Notes: generated by a model from the sequence alone, not told the origin. Counted from the first letter of the stretch, positions 7,632 through 17,519 are shown. The stretch: DNA of 57,157 bases from a virus (IMGVR_UViG_3300046103_001141:1-57157), one strand, 5' to 3'. Translations and numbers: made by a program.

Positions 7632-8009
7632 TTAATTTTTACCGCCCTTACGCAACTTAAATCTAATATGATCTAAATGCTCTTTGGGTATCAATTTTAG
7701 AACTTCTCTTGCTCTTTGATTTGAGTATCCATAATACTCCTTAATTGAATCTAAAGCATCCATTTTATCAGCCTTAGTCCATTTAGAAAACCTTTTTCGT
7801 TTCCTAACAATATTACGCATAAAATCATATTGTAATCTATCGTCAATATGATGATGCCTATTCATCTCATTTGCAGCAAGAATAGTGTCATTAAAATAGG
7901 ATAATGATCTATTAATGTAGTATGATTTATATGCTTTCTCAGTGATATCATCAACCATAATATCGTCTTTATTATGGTTGATTGAGTTTAAATAATCAAA
8001 GTGGTTCAT
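7632..8009 (-). CDS. gp62: Clamp loader small subunit
   Basis: FDYLNSIN, Y..Y.INRSLS, ANEMN, QYDF, RKRKRFSKW, EYYGYS; start re-called at MNHF (ATGA overlap). Confidence 0.92.
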   Translation of the reverse strand: MNHFDYLNSINHNKDDIMVDDITEKAYKSYYINRSLSYFNDTILAANEMNRHHHIDDRLQYDFMRNIVRKRKRFSKWTKADKMDALDSIKEYYGYSNQRAREVLKLIPKEHLDHIRFKLRKGGKN

Positions 8010-8617
8010 AGGTTTTGTATCACTGTTTGCATACGCATTACGTCCATTACACAATCATGCCGCGCATCATGTTTAACAAACTTTTCTGCACATCCTTCTG
8101 GAATATAATCATTCTTAACATCAGAACCCCAAAGCAAACCATCAAGAAATGACCTTGTATCGCGAACCATCCAAAATGGATAAGGAACTTTTTTACCAGT
8201 ATCATTTAAGATACCTTCAAAGAAAGGAATATCAAAGGTATTTCCGCGAGAAAACACAGTTTTTAGGTTATTGATATTTACATTCTTCACAAAAAAATTA
8301 TAGGTTTCACTAATATCTTTATCATCTTCTGATGGAACCATCACTGATGCTGTTGTTTCTTTGGGCTGTTTATTCCACCAATCAAGCGTAGATTTTGAAA
8401 TCTTACGATCATAAACTTCCACTTGTTTTTTAACATCATATTTAATACCAACACTACTATCTAAAAGTTCTTCATAACTGTATGGATTATTTGTAAATCT
8501 CGCCCTAGAGAAAGTAAGCAGACCTAAAGATAATACAACACCTCTGTTTACATCAACAGAAAGTGTTTCAAAGTCATATATCACACAATCATTTAATCCT
8601 TCATAAGCAACACTCAT
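8006..8617 (-). CDS. dexA: DEDD 3'-5' exonuclease, DexA-like
   Basis: IYDFETLS, TLDWW.KQ, SRGNTFDIP, PFWMVRDTRS, KHDARHDC. Confidence 0.8.
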   Translation of the reverse strand: MSVAYEGLNDCVIYDFETLSVDVNRGVVLSLGLLTFSRARFTNNPYSYEELLDSSVGIKYDVKKQVEVYDRKISKSTLDWWNKQPKETTASVMVPSEDDKDISETYNFFVKNVNINNLKTVFSRGNTFDIPFFEGILNDTGKKVPYPFWMVRDTRSFLDGLLWGSDVKNDYIPEGCAEKFVKHDARHDCVMDVMRMQTVIQNL

Positions 8618-9579
8618 TCTATGAACTCCACATTTGCCATTATTTCAGTTAAACATGCAACTGTATTGATTTCTAAATCAGCAACAAAAGCATTTTTATA
8701 TTGATATTCTGCGAGAATTAACACAACTTGAGGGATAGCGTGTGGTTTGATATGACTTGACATTTTATCATAAATTCCCCTAAAAATAGCAGAACTATCT
8801 GTGTCAATATTGTTTACTACCCAAGAACGCATTTTTTTAAAGTCTTTGTCTTTGATGAACTTTAAGAGAGAGTCGATTTCATTAATACCAGTATTATTAG
8901 AACTATTAGCACTAAGAATACCACCCACAGATCGTCTTTGTGTCTCATTTAAAACCCTTCTCCAATCAGGAGCATGTTTCATAATAATATTAACAAGGTC
9001 TTGATCTTCAAATTTTACATTCTCTTGTTCAAGAATATTTCTAGCGTGTTTAAGAAAATCCCCACAAAGACCAGCCATTTCTTTTTTAGTCGTATTAAAC
9101 TCATATACACCACATCTGGAATGTAAAGGTTCAATAATTCTATTCTTAAAATTGCATGTCATTATAAAGCGACAATTGTTGCTAAATTCTTCTATAAATC
9201 CACGCAAAGCAGGTTGAGTTGATTGTGGATTGAGGTAGTCTGCCTCATCTAAGATCACAACCTTATAACCACCTTGCAATGACACAGTAGAAGCAAATTG
9301 TTTGATCTTGCCACGCAAGGTATCAATATTACCATCTTCAGAACCATTAATTATTATGTAATCCAAACCTAGTGTATTACATAATGCTTTGGCAACTGTT
9401 GTTTTGCCGAGACCAGCGGTTCCAGTAAATAGCATGTTAGGAATTTCGGCGGTCTCAACGATTTTTTGTAGATTTTCCTTTAGTTCTTTTGGTAGGATAG
9501 TTCTTTCAATTTTCTGTGGGCGGTACTTCTCCACCCACAGAAATTCATTTGTATTACAGAAGTCACTCTGAGTATTCAT
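8614..9579 (-). CDS. gp44: Clamp loader AAA+ subunit
   Basis: LWVEKYRP, GTAGLGKTT, ILDEAD, PLHSRC. Confidence 0.97.
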   Translation of the reverse strand: MNTQSDFCNTNEFLWVEKYRPQKIERTILPKELKENLQKIVETAEIPNMLFTGTAGLGKTTVAKALCNTLGLDYIIINGSEDGNIDTLRGKIKQFASTVSLQGGYKVVILDEADYLNPQSTQPALRGFIEEFSNNCRFIMTCNFKNRIIEPLHSRCGVYEFNTTKKEMAGLCGDFLKHARNILEQENVKFEDQDLVNIIMKHAPDWRRVLNETQRRSVGGILSANSSNNTGINEIDSLLKFIKDKDFKKMRSWVVNNIDTDSSAIFRGIYDKMSSHIKPHAIPQVVLILAEYQYKNAFVADLEINTVACLTEIMANVEFIE

Positions 9580-9602
9580 TATATAAATCTATCCTTTAAT
9601 AT

Positions 9603-9821
9603 CTATTCTTCTGCTTGCTCTTGCTTATAGTTTTCAACAATCTGCACACCTTGAGTACACTGATCTCTCAACTGCCCAATCGTTGATAGTTCTTCACCAC
9701 GAAAACCACCGCGCTGAGTTACGGTATCAATTACTGCAATCGCGCTGCGAGAAATTTGATTCATAAGATCATATGCTTTTTTATGTGAATCTTCAACTTT
9801 TTTATTTTTATCGTCAGCCAT
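9603..9821 (-). CDS. Hypothetical 72-aa protein
   Basis: Fills the gp45-gp44 gap; helical, IDTVTQRGGFRGEEL motif. Confidence 0.75.
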   Translation of the reverse strand: MADDKNKKVEDSHKKAYDLMNQISRSAIAVIDTVTQRGGFRGEELSTIGQLRDQCTQGVQIVENYKQEQAEE

Positions 9822-9827
9822 TTTTAA

Positions 9828-10514
9828 TTACTCTCCATAAGTAGATGTTTTTTCAAGTGCAATCCAGTATTGCAATTTAGTTTCAGCATTAGTCAATTTT
9901 GAAATCAATTTTGATGAAATCTCCACATCATAATTACCAGTTAAAATTTTCAAGTTGTTAATGTTATACACAAACTTATAACTACTTGAGTTTTCTTCAA
10001 CAGGAATATCAATAGAAAAGGTATTCGCTGTAGAATTATCAGTTGTCGTTACCGTCAATTTCGCAAGACCATCATTTTCACTAGATTCAATGATCAATTC
10101 TGAGTGGCCTAGTGCTGATGCCGCTCGTTTTAGTTTATTTAATGTATCCATATCTAGGCGAAATTTAACATCACCTTCTGGCATCTTTACATCTTTTGTA
10201 GATGTTGTCAGCATGTCTGGATCAGAGAAAAAATACTTGATATTTGATCTACCAGTAGAATCTCCAATAGTCACATAATCTCCAGCGAAATCTAATACTG
10301 GCGTGTCAACCAAACCAAGTACTCCAAGAAATTCGCTTAAATCATAAATTCCAAACCTTTGAGGGAATGTTTGTTCAACTTCTGCTTTCGCCAGAATATT
10401 TTTTGCTTCTGAAATAGTTCTGATACTGCTACCATTTTCAATAACAATATTTGAATTAATAGATGCGAAGTTCTTCAATACTTGAATTGTCGCTTCGCTA
10501 ATCACTTCTCTCAT
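9828..10514 (-). CDS. gp45: Sliding clamp
   Basis: LKNFASINSNI, FGIYDLSEFL, GNYDVEIS, YWIALE. Confidence 0.96.
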   Translation of the reverse strand: MREVISEATIQVLKNFASINSNIVIENGSSIRTISEAKNILAKAEVEQTFPQRFGIYDLSEFLGVLGLVDTPVLDFAGDYVTIGDSTGRSNIKYFFSDPDMLTTSTKDVKMPEGDVKFRLDMDTLNKLKRAASALGHSELIIESSENDGLAKLTVTTTDNSTANTFSIDIPVEENSSSYKFVYNINNLKILTGNYDVEISSKLISKLTNAETKLQYWIALEKTSTYGE

Positions 10515-10543
10515 AATTTAATCTCCATTGTTTCATTTCTGTG

Positions 10544-10572
10544 ATTATAACACATTATAAATAATTAGTCAA
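10544..10572 (-). promoter_or_regulatory. Sigma70-type early promoter for gp45 operon
   Basis: TTGACT-N17-TATAAT with TGn extension. Confidence 0.8.
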
Positions 10573-10576
10573 CCTC

Positions 10577-12292
10577 TTACTTCATTCTACTAAAGTTTTT
10601 TTCTTTATAAAACTCCAATCTGTTTTCAAATTTCCCATCAAGAATTTCTCCCTTATGCGATATAACAAACACGTTAGTATCTTCACCAAGAGTATATAGT
10701 ATTTTCATAAGATTGTCAACACCGTCATGATCCAAAGATGAATCAAAAGTTTCGTCTAAAATTAGAAGATTGGTGGCGACAGAATTTTTCATCTTAGCAA
10801 TCATTCTCCAAGTGAACAAAAGTGCCAAATCAATGCGCTGTTTCTCACCTTCACTAAAAGAGTCGTATGAAAAGGCATCTCTATGCCTTGAGCGAATTGT
10901 CTCTTGAAAAGATTCATCTAGATCAAAGTGTACGAAAAAATCTAAGGTCTGCAAATATTTATTGACCAAATTATTAATTACAGGTAAATATTGTTTAATT
11001 ACTTTGGTTTTAATTCCAGTATCTTTAAGCATTTCACCCATGACGTTATTATAGGTATGTGATTCGTTTATCTCATACCTCGTATTGTTTGATGTTTCTT
11101 TTTTTTCTTCTAAATCTTTTAATTCAATATTCGCCTTTGACAAATCTCCAGTTTGATCAGAAAGTTGCTTTAGTTCATTTTGGTAAGATTGTACTTGTCT
11201 TTGGAACCGTGTGATTGTGTTATTGTTAGAAGATATAGTTGACATTTGTTGTCTGATCTTTTCTGCCAACTCAGTATACCGTTCAATAATCTGTTCCACA
11301 GCAGCCGACTCTTTAAGTCCATGGTCCATTGCTTGCTGAAATTCTTTTGCTTTGGTCTTTGCGGATTTAAGGTTCTCTGATCTAACACTTTCGTCAATAC
11401 TCTGGGTACAAGTTGGGCATGTTTCGTTTTGTTCATAAAACTTGCTCTCCTTGACCAATCTTTTGATTTTTGTTTGGAATTGGGCTTGATACTGGAGCAA
11501 CGCTTGCTTTTTATCATTCGCATGATCTAATTCCTCCTGCATAGTTTTCTGGTTTTCATCTATAAACTTTTGACATATTTCATTGTCGTTTTCCAGTTCT
11601 TCACGCTCAGAAATTAGATTAGATATATCAGTATTTCTTTTTTCTATAAAATCATCATTTAATGTGGTTATGTCATTAATATATTTCTTTTGAGTTTTTA
11701 TCTGGTTTTCAGTCAAATCTATGGTATATTTTACGTCCTTTAAATTTTCGCGTAATAAAGAAGTTTTTTCTTTTAAAATAGTATTCATTTTAGAAAAGAC
11801 GTTAATATCCAATAAGTCTTCAATAACATCCCTACGATGTTGTGCTGGCAGTTGCATAAATGGAATAAAAGAACTGCTACCTAATACTACAATCTGATGG
11901 AAAGATTTGTGATTTAATTTTAAAATATTTTGTTCTAATATTTTTTGATATTCTTTAGCATGAGATGATTGATCAATCATATTACCATTTGTCCAAATCT
12001 CAAAAAGATTTGGTTTTATTCCACGAACAATTTTAAAGTCTTTACTACCTATTGAAAATGCAACTTCAACTACACAATCTTTATTATTAATTGTATTAAC
12101 TAATTGAGGTTTATTTATACCACGATGAGGTTTACCAAATAGCCCAAATGATATGGCGTCCAGCATGGTTGATTTACCTGCGCCGTTTATTCCTACAATG
12201 AGAGTGGACTTAGAATTATTTAATTTTATTTCAGTCCAATTATCTCCAGTTGATAGGAAATTTTTATACTTCAACGATTTAAATATTATCAT
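10577..12292 (-). CDS. gp46: Rad50/SbcC-like recombination endonuclease subunit
   Basis: GINGAGKST, CPTC zinc hook, FSEGEK signature, LILDETFD, ISH. Confidence 0.97.
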   Translation of the reverse strand: MIIFKSLKYKNFLSTGDNWTEIKLNNSKSTLIVGINGAGKSTMLDAISFGLFGKPHRGINKPQLVNTINNKDCVVEVAFSIGSKDFKIVRGIKPNLFEIWTNGNMIDQSSHAKEYQKILEQNILKLNHKSFHQIVVLGSSSFIPFMQLPAQHRRDVIEDLLDINVFSKMNTILKEKTSLLRENLKDVKYTIDLTENQIKTQKKYINDITTLNDDFIEKRNTDISNLISEREELENDNEICQKFIDENQKTMQEELDHANDKKQALLQYQAQFQTKIKRLVKESKFYEQNETCPTCTQSIDESVRSENLKSAKTKAKEFQQAMDHGLKESAAVEQIIERYTELAEKIRQQMSTISSNNNTITRFQRQVQSYQNELKQLSDQTGDLSKANIELKDLEEKKETSNNTRYEINESHTYNNVMGEMLKDTGIKTKVIKQYLPVINNLVNKYLQTLDFFVHFDLDESFQETIRSRHRDAFSYDSFSEGEKQRIDLALLFTWRMIAKMKNSVATNLLILDETFDSSLDHDGVDNLMKILYTLGEDTNVFVISHKGEILDGKFENRLEFYKEKNFSRMK

Positions 12293-13350
12293 GCGATTTC
12301 AAGTGCCTGTGCTTCAGTCAATAAATTTCTCATTTCAATTTTAATTCTAGACTTATCTAATTCAGTGTCAACATTATCAACATAACTATCAAGAAGGGTG
12401 GTAGTATCCTCTACAGATACGCCCTCATCACCAACTCTTTCACCTATAAATTCGTCAAAATTCTCAGCAATTTTTAATTCATGTATTTTTCTATCTGATA
12501 TTTTATCACATAATTTATCAAATGTAAAGGGGTTAGATTTATTAATAACAACTAATTTAACAAATTTATTATCTAAATGGTCTACATTATAATTACTATA
12601 GTCTGTTTTTGTATCATCATAGATTATCTTTTCAAATAATGTGAATGGATTAACGATTGCTTCAATCTCGCGAGTTTCAGTATCTAAAACATGAAAATGT
12701 TTTGGATCATGTGCATCTGACCAGAAAAATTCCATCTGCGTACCCAGATACATAATGTTATCTTTTTGAGATTTGGTATGATAATGACCAGATAAAACTA
12801 ACTCAAACCTAGAGAACGCTTCTTTATCCATTCCATGTTTATTTTGAATTCCTCTCATCATATCAAAACCAGATAATTCTAAATGACCAGCAAGGAATGA
12901 TGCTTTGCAATTTTTAACAAAATTCATAGATTCTGAACAGTTTTCACTGGTGATCCATGGTAGTAACGCAACGTCAAGACCACCATAGTTCATTACTGTG
13001 GGTTTCATAACAATATGAATTTCATTCATATAATGACCCAATAGTTCTTTGAGTGAATTTAAATCATTGGTGTTCTTGAAATATGTGTCGTGATTACCCG
13101 GAATAATATCCATAGTCATGCCACGCTCTCGCATCGGGTTTAAAAAACTCTTGCGATTGTGTGTCAGTGCCTTAAAATTTATAAACTTGCGATGATCATA
13201 ATAATCTCCCAAGTGCAATATCTGCTTGATGTTATGATTGTCGCAATACGGAAATAAAATTTCTTTATAAAATTTTGCAGCATTATCTAAAAAAATATCA
13301 GAGGCATTTCTTATACCTGTGTGTGTATCGTTTAGTATCAATAGTTTCAT
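12289..13350 (-). CDS. gp47: Mre11/SbcD-like nuclease subunit
   Basis: DTH, GDYYD, GNHD, GHLE, SGHYH phosphoesterase motifs. Confidence 0.97.
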   Translation of the reverse strand: MKLLILNDTHTGIRNASDIFLDNAAKFYKEILFPYCDNHNIKQILHLGDYYDHRKFINFKALTHNRKSFLNPMRERGMTMDIIPGNHDTYFKNTNDLNSLKELLGHYMNEIHIVMKPTVMNYGGLDVALLPWITSENCSESMNFVKNCKASFLAGHLELSGFDMMRGIQNKHGMDKEAFSRFELVLSGHYHTKSQKDNIMYLGTQMEFFWSDAHDPKHFHVLDTETREIEAIVNPFTLFEKIIYDDTKTDYSNYNVDHLDNKFVKLVVINKSNPFTFDKLCDKISDRKIHELKIAENFDEFIGERVGDEGVSVEDTTTLLDSYVDNVDTELDKSRIKIEMRNLLTEAQALEIA

Positions 13351-13943
13351 TCTAAAAAGTCTTTCAAATCGGAATCAACATTAACTGTTCTTTTTTTCCT
13401 TTGTTGCCTTTCAGTCTTACCAAATTCTTTTATTTCTGTGTCATATTCTTTTACTTTGTCAATTCGGTCTTTAAGAACATCAATGAAATGTGTCGCGACA
13501 CCAGTTGATGCTTCGCCAGTTTCAGTCACAAGGAATGCTTCTATGCCAGATTGAGACATATATTTTTCTTTAATATCTTGTTGTTTTTTTTCTTTGGCAA
13601 TTCTTCTTAAAAATGCATACCAAATAATTTGAGTGAAATATGCAAAAGCATTTGGTTTACCACTTCTGGTCACGGCATTAATATTATAATTCTCTACTGC
13701 CTTTAAGCAATTCTCAACAGCATCCATAACCATTTCTTCACGATAAGTATACCTAATAAAATTAGATTTATGTGAAAGATTTTCAGCAATTCTTAAAAAG
13801 CATAATGCCAAATAATTTGGAACTACAGGTAATTCTTTGTCGTTATCTCTCGCTTCATTTATAGTCTTAACATATTCTACTATTTTCGCGGAAAATTCTT
13901 TGTTATCTACATAATGCGTACTTTTAGACTTTGCTTTTGGCAT
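13347..13943 (-). CDS. gp55: Late-transcription sigma factor
   Basis: HYVDNKEF, IAENLSHK.NF..YTYREEM..DA.ENC, NAFAYFTQI..AFLRRI.KEKKQ; ATG with AAGGAG SD. Confidence 0.96.
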   Translation of the reverse strand: MPKAKSKSTHYVDNKEFSAKIVEYVKTINEARDNDKELPVVPNYLALCFLRIAENLSHKSNFIRYTYREEMVMDAVENCLKAVENYNINAVTRSGKPNAFAYFTQIIWYAFLRRIAKEKKQQDIKEKYMSQSGIEAFLVTETGEASTGVATHFIDVLKDRIDKVKEYDTEIKEFGKTERQQRKKRTVNVDSDLKDFLE

Positions 13944-13969
13944 CAAATTCACTCCTTAATATTTCTACC

Positions 13970-13998
13970 ATTCTACCACAAATAGACGGTAATGTAAA
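13970..13998 (-). promoter_or_regulatory. Sigma70-type promoter for gp55-47-46
   Basis: TTTACA-N17-TAGAAT with TGG extension. Confidence 0.7.
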
Positions 13999-14021
13999 GC
14001 ATAATTATTTTATTTTAGGGG

Positions 14022-14050
14022 TTGACAGAATCATAAGTTAGGTGTATAAT
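14022..14050 (+). promoter_or_regulatory. Consensus sigma70 promoter oriented antisense to the uvsW operon
   Basis: TTGACA-N17-TATAAT, perfect match, AT-rich upstream. Confidence 0.75.
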
Positions 14051-14075
14051 AAGGAGTATCCTTTATTGGGGGGGA

Positions 14076-14510
14076 TCAATGCTTATATCCAGATGGGAAA
14101 TTAATGATATTTTCATCGCTGTCAAGCATCTCACTAAAATCAACTCCTAAACTTTCCTTTTTATTATATAGCCTATCCATCCAAGTATCAACATCAAAAT
14201 CTTCATCAGTAGTATTACCCTTAATGGCGTTACTAAATTGAACTATTAAATCTTCACTAGGTGTAGCAATAGCAACAATATGCATGTCGTTTAATGATAC
14301 TAATTCTTGTGTTTGCTCTTGAAACGAAATCCAAGGTTTTAACATACCATAACTTCTACTAGCATCAATTTCAATTTTACAGATTTGAAGGGCATGACGA
14401 ATTATAAGTTCTTCATCCGTAATATCCATTATTTCACATAAAATTTCATCACCAGAAGAAATCTTTATCTGTTTTACTTTATCAAAATCTTTAAGTTCTT
14501 TGTAACTCAT
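14076..14510 (-). CDS. Hypothetical protein downstream of uvsW (possible Sm-like fold)
   Basis: IKISSGDEILC, LKPWI, acidic tail ending NIINFP; ATGA-coupled to uvsW. Confidence 0.8.
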   Translation of the reverse strand: MSYKELKDFDKVKQIKISSGDEILCEIMDITDEELIIRHALQICKIEIDASRSYGMLKPWISFQEQTQELVSLNDMHIVAIATPSEDLIVQFSNAIKGNTTDEDFDVDTWMDRLYNKKESLGVDFSEMLDSDENIINFPSGYKH

Positions 14511-16012
14511 AACTTGACCTCGTACTTTTTAAAGTTGAATTGTTCTTTTTTATATATTTTCAATCTTTCTTCCCCATGAAGTAGAGCATAATTCAATTTC
14601 TTTTTGTGTCTCAAATCATCTACGATATCATATAATTTAGTAATTCTCCCATCATCACTTTTTCTCAGTCCTCTTCCAACACTTTGTAATACTCTAATTT
14701 GGGATTTACTTGGAGAAGCAAATACTATATTATGTAAGTTCCTAATATTTATACCAGTACTAAAGGTTCCTAGAGAGGCGACAATGATTGAGTCTTTTTG
14801 ACTTTCTACAATCTTTCTAATTGCCTCTCTGTCTGTTGCTTCTGTAGCACCAGAAACAAAAAATACTTTTCTTTTATCTTCCTTCTTATCACAAATCAGA
14901 TCATAAAGTACCTTACCATGTTTTTCCACAAATTGAAATAATACTAAAGTATTACCATTCATATCTAATGCTAAATTGCGAATAAATTTATTTCTTTTTT
15001 CATTCAGAACAATCCAATTAATTTCTTGGGCATAAGTGTTACCTACGTTTTGAAAACAATCGGCCTCATCATATTCTAATTTCAATAAATATATTTCAAG
15101 AGGTGCTAATGTTGAATCGTCTTGCAATTTTTTCGTAGTGGTTACTTTTATTACCTTCCCAAACAATCCTTCCAAGACTAATTTGTGTGTTTCAGTTCCA
15201 TCTAAAGTTCCAGTAGTTCCAAATCTGTATCCAGTATTTCTACTCTTATTCATAATAGATGTTAAAGATTTTGATTTAAAGCCATGACACTCATCCCCAA
15301 AAATTACACCAAAATTAGAAAACCATGTCGCAGGTAACTTATAAATTGACTGCCATGTTGATATAATTATTCTTTCTTTTATTCCAGTTTTCGCTTGACC
15401 AGAATAAATAAAATGACAATCATTTTCTATATTAACACTATCATCGTATGACGAATAATCACTAAAATCTGCAAACATCTGTTGAACAAGTGAAGTGGTT
15501 GGAACAATAACCAAAACATTATCGTGATGATTTTCCATGTACCAACGCATAAGTACATAGATAATTAAAGATTTACCTGATCCAGTTGGTGATAGTAAAA
15601 GAGACCTTCTTTCTCTTATAGCAGAACACACAGCATCAAATTGATAACTTCTTATAGATATCGGCTCACCACGACTTCTTAAATTCAAACCCTCAATAAA
15701 GTTCATAATTTCTTTAGGATTTATTTTATTAAAAACCTCTGGTGGGCCATACTCACCATCTTCATAGTCTAATTCATATCCTCTTTCCTTAGAGAATATT
15801 TTAAGTTGATGCAACAAACCTGCTGGCAATTCATGAGATAAAGCATTAAATATCTTTATCTTACCGTCCCACATCTTTGATTTATATTTTGGCATGTACT
15901 TATATCCTGGAACAAAAAATGAAAAATATTCATTTAGTTCTTGAATGATACCATTGTCGCAACCTAACAGAAGATAACATTCATTCTTCTTCTGCACTAC
16001 TATCTTATCCAC
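14507..16012 (-). CDS. uvsW: SF2 helicase UvsW
   Basis: SPTGSGKS, DECH, TGT, STGINI, QSVGRGLR. Confidence 0.97.
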   Translation of the reverse strand: MDKIVVQKKNECYLLLGCDNGIIQELNEYFSFFVPGYKYMPKYKSKMWDGKIKIFNALSHELPAGLLHQLKIFSKERGYELDYEDGEYGPPEVFNKINPKEIMNFIEGLNLRSRGEPISIRSYQFDAVCSAIRERRSLLLSPTGSGKSLIIYVLMRWYMENHHDNVLVIVPTTSLVQQMFADFSDYSSYDDSVNIENDCHFIYSGQAKTGIKERIIISTWQSIYKLPATWFSNFGVIFGDECHGFKSKSLTSIMNKSRNTGYRFGTTGTLDGTETHKLVLEGLFGKVIKVTTTKKLQDDSTLAPLEIYLLKLEYDEADCFQNVGNTYAQEINWIVLNEKRNKFIRNLALDMNGNTLVLFQFVEKHGKVLYDLICDKKEDKRKVFFVSGATEATDREAIRKIVESQKDSIIVASLGTFSTGINIRNLHNIVFASPSKSQIRVLQSVGRGLRKSDDGRITKLYDIVDDLRHKKKLNYALLHGEERLKIYKKEQFNFKKYEVKL

Positions 16013-16451
16013 CGCTCTGATACACCTTCCATTTGATTATATTACTAATTGTTTGATGTCGCCAGCGTAAAGTCTCTACAATTTCTTGTAGGGTCTCAAT
16101 CAATGTTTTATAATAGATTATTTTTTCTTCACTTTTCTGAATATCTGGATCAGAATCGTAATAATGGTTCATATCACCCTTCATAATTTTCATACCATCA
16201 AATGGGTCAAACTCCCAATTCTTTTCAATGATTTGCTTTTCAGTCATCTTACCATTATAATATAGCCACTTATCCTTGAGAAGAATTTTTTGATTCATCT
16301 CAGACTTTTTCTTTTGAAGTTTATATACAGAAAGTAATTGTAAATATTTTGCATGTAATTTTGCAATGTCCACACTAGATTTATCTAGATTATGTTCATC
16401 AATATTACAGTCGTTTGACCAATGTTCAAGTATTTCTTCAAGGTTAAGCAA
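16005..16451 (-). CDS. uvsY: Recombination mediator UvsY
   Basis: W..D..ID, LHAKYL, WLYYNGK, DSDPDI, I.NII.W; position between gp3 and uvsW. Confidence 0.9.
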   Translation of the reverse strand: MLNLEEILEHWSNDCNIDEHNLDKSSVDIAKLHAKYLQLLSVYKLQKKKSEMNQKILLKDKWLYYNGKMTEKQIIEKNWEFDPFDGMKIMKGDMNHYYDSDPDIQKSEEKIIYYKTLIETLQEIVETLRWRHQTISNIIKWKVYQSGG

Positions 16452-16486
16452 TCATATTCTCCATAATGTATTAACAATATATAGGT

Positions 16487-16990
16487 CTATTTTATCTCGT
16501 AATATCCGATCTTAAAGTTTACTGGAAAGGTAATTACAGGAGATGTTTCAGAAGTCGCTTCCATCAAAACTGTACCAATGCTAGTGGGAACACAATCAAT
16601 ATATCTAATTGTTCTCACAACATTATTGTGACTACTAGTTATGGTTAAAGTTATGTCTAATTCTTGTGTTATACTGGCAGTTACTGCTTTAGTAATAGGT
16701 GATTTATATTTGGTTTCAACCAAAGAACTCAATAAGTTAAAAACTTCAATATAAGTTTGCATATTTTCATCAACTAAAATATCCATTGCCAAGTCTTCAA
16801 AAGTAAGCGTATCACCGGGAATTGAAATGCTTGAAATTCTTTTGTATGGAACATTTGCTGCCTGAACACTTACTCCTGGATGGATAATCCTTTGAGCAAA
16901 AAACTCAAGATTCCCAAAAGTTTTGTGATTTATAACTACCTTAAAATTAGTAGGCTGAAGATAGTTCATATTTGTGGTAACTGTTGCCAT
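16487..16990 (-). CDS. gp3: Tail tube terminator / tail completion protein
   Basis: NYLQPTNF, PGD.LTFEDL...LVDENM..Y.E, DCVPTSIG. Confidence 0.88.
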   Translation of the reverse strand: MATVTTNMNYLQPTNFKVVINHKTFGNLEFFAQRIIHPGVSVQAANVPYKRISSISIPGDTLTFEDLAMDILVDENMQTYIEVFNLLSSLVETKYKSPITKAVTASITQELDITLTITSSHNNVVRTIRYIDCVPTSIGTVLMEATSETSPVITFPVNFKIGYYEIK

Positions 16991-17023
16991 CCGATTATAT
17001 CCAATTATATCCGTTTATATCTG

Positions 17024-17031
17024 TATTTATA
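17024..17031 (-). promoter_or_regulatory. T4-type late promoter for gp3
   Basis: TATAAATA. Confidence 0.75.
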
Positions 17032-17032
17032 C

Positions 17033-17061
17033 TTGACATATCCATAAACTTATGGTAATTA
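17033..17061 (+). promoter_or_regulatory. Probable early promoter for the plus-strand ORF
   Basis: TTGACA-N17 (ending TGG)-TAATTA; -10 is imperfect. Confidence 0.45.
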
Positions 17062-17092
17062 TACTTGTAATCAAAGAGAAAGAGAGAATCAT

Positions 17093-17431
17093 ATGACTTT
17101 TGTAGTTCACACACAAGTTCTGGAAAATTATGGCTCACATGAAGAGGATGGAAAATTCTCAAGTGGAAATGCCTATTGGAAGTTCAAAGGTGGAAATACC
17201 TACATTGTTTCTGACGTTGAACGTGAGCAAGATGCTGTTGCTTTTGTAATGGCGGCATTTTGTGAAAACACTTTGGGTTGGAAAGAGTATCCTTCTTCAA
17301 ATACAAATGTTGATGAATGGTTAGAGAGTATGGAAGATGATGATAAAGACTATCGTGATTTTCAAAAGGAAATGGCTTTGAATGTTTCTCCTAATACTGG
17401 AAAAACTGTCAAGGTAGGATTTTCTTCCTAA
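17093..17431 (+). CDS. Hypothetical 112-aa protein, only credible plus-strand gene
   Basis: Occupies the gp3-gp23 gap; purine-rich RBS; TQ..ENYG.H...YWKFKGG.TY motif; own promoter and terminator. Confidence 0.85.
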   Translation: MTFVVHTQVLENYGSHEEDGKFSSGNAYWKFKGGNTYIVSDVEREQDAVAFVMAAFCENTLGWKEYPSSNTNVDEWLESMEDDDKDYRDFQKEMALNVSPNTGKTVKVGFSS

Positions 17432-17438
17432 TCATCAT

Positions 17439-17467
17439 AAAAAAAACAGTGCCGAAGCACTGTTTTA
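17439..17467. terminator. Bidirectional intrinsic terminator
   Basis: AAAACAGTGC-(C)GAA/TTCG-GCACTGTTTT; UUCG loop and 8 U on minus strand, T4 on plus strand. Confidence 0.88.
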
Positions 17468-17477
17468 AAAGTTTTAT

Positions 17478-17510
17478 AAAGGGCGAAATCATTAGTTGTT
17501 TCGCCCCTTT
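17478..17510 (-). terminator. Second hairpin directly after gp23
   Basis: AAGGGGCGAAA...TTTCGCCCTTT. Confidence 0.7.
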
Positions 17511-17519
17511 TGTGCAATA

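Noticed and set aside
10556-10563. Plus-strand TATAAATA inside the gp45 promoter spacer as an antisense late promoter
   Set aside because: An 8-mer of only A/T in a very AT-rich spacer can arise by chance; no supporting feature.
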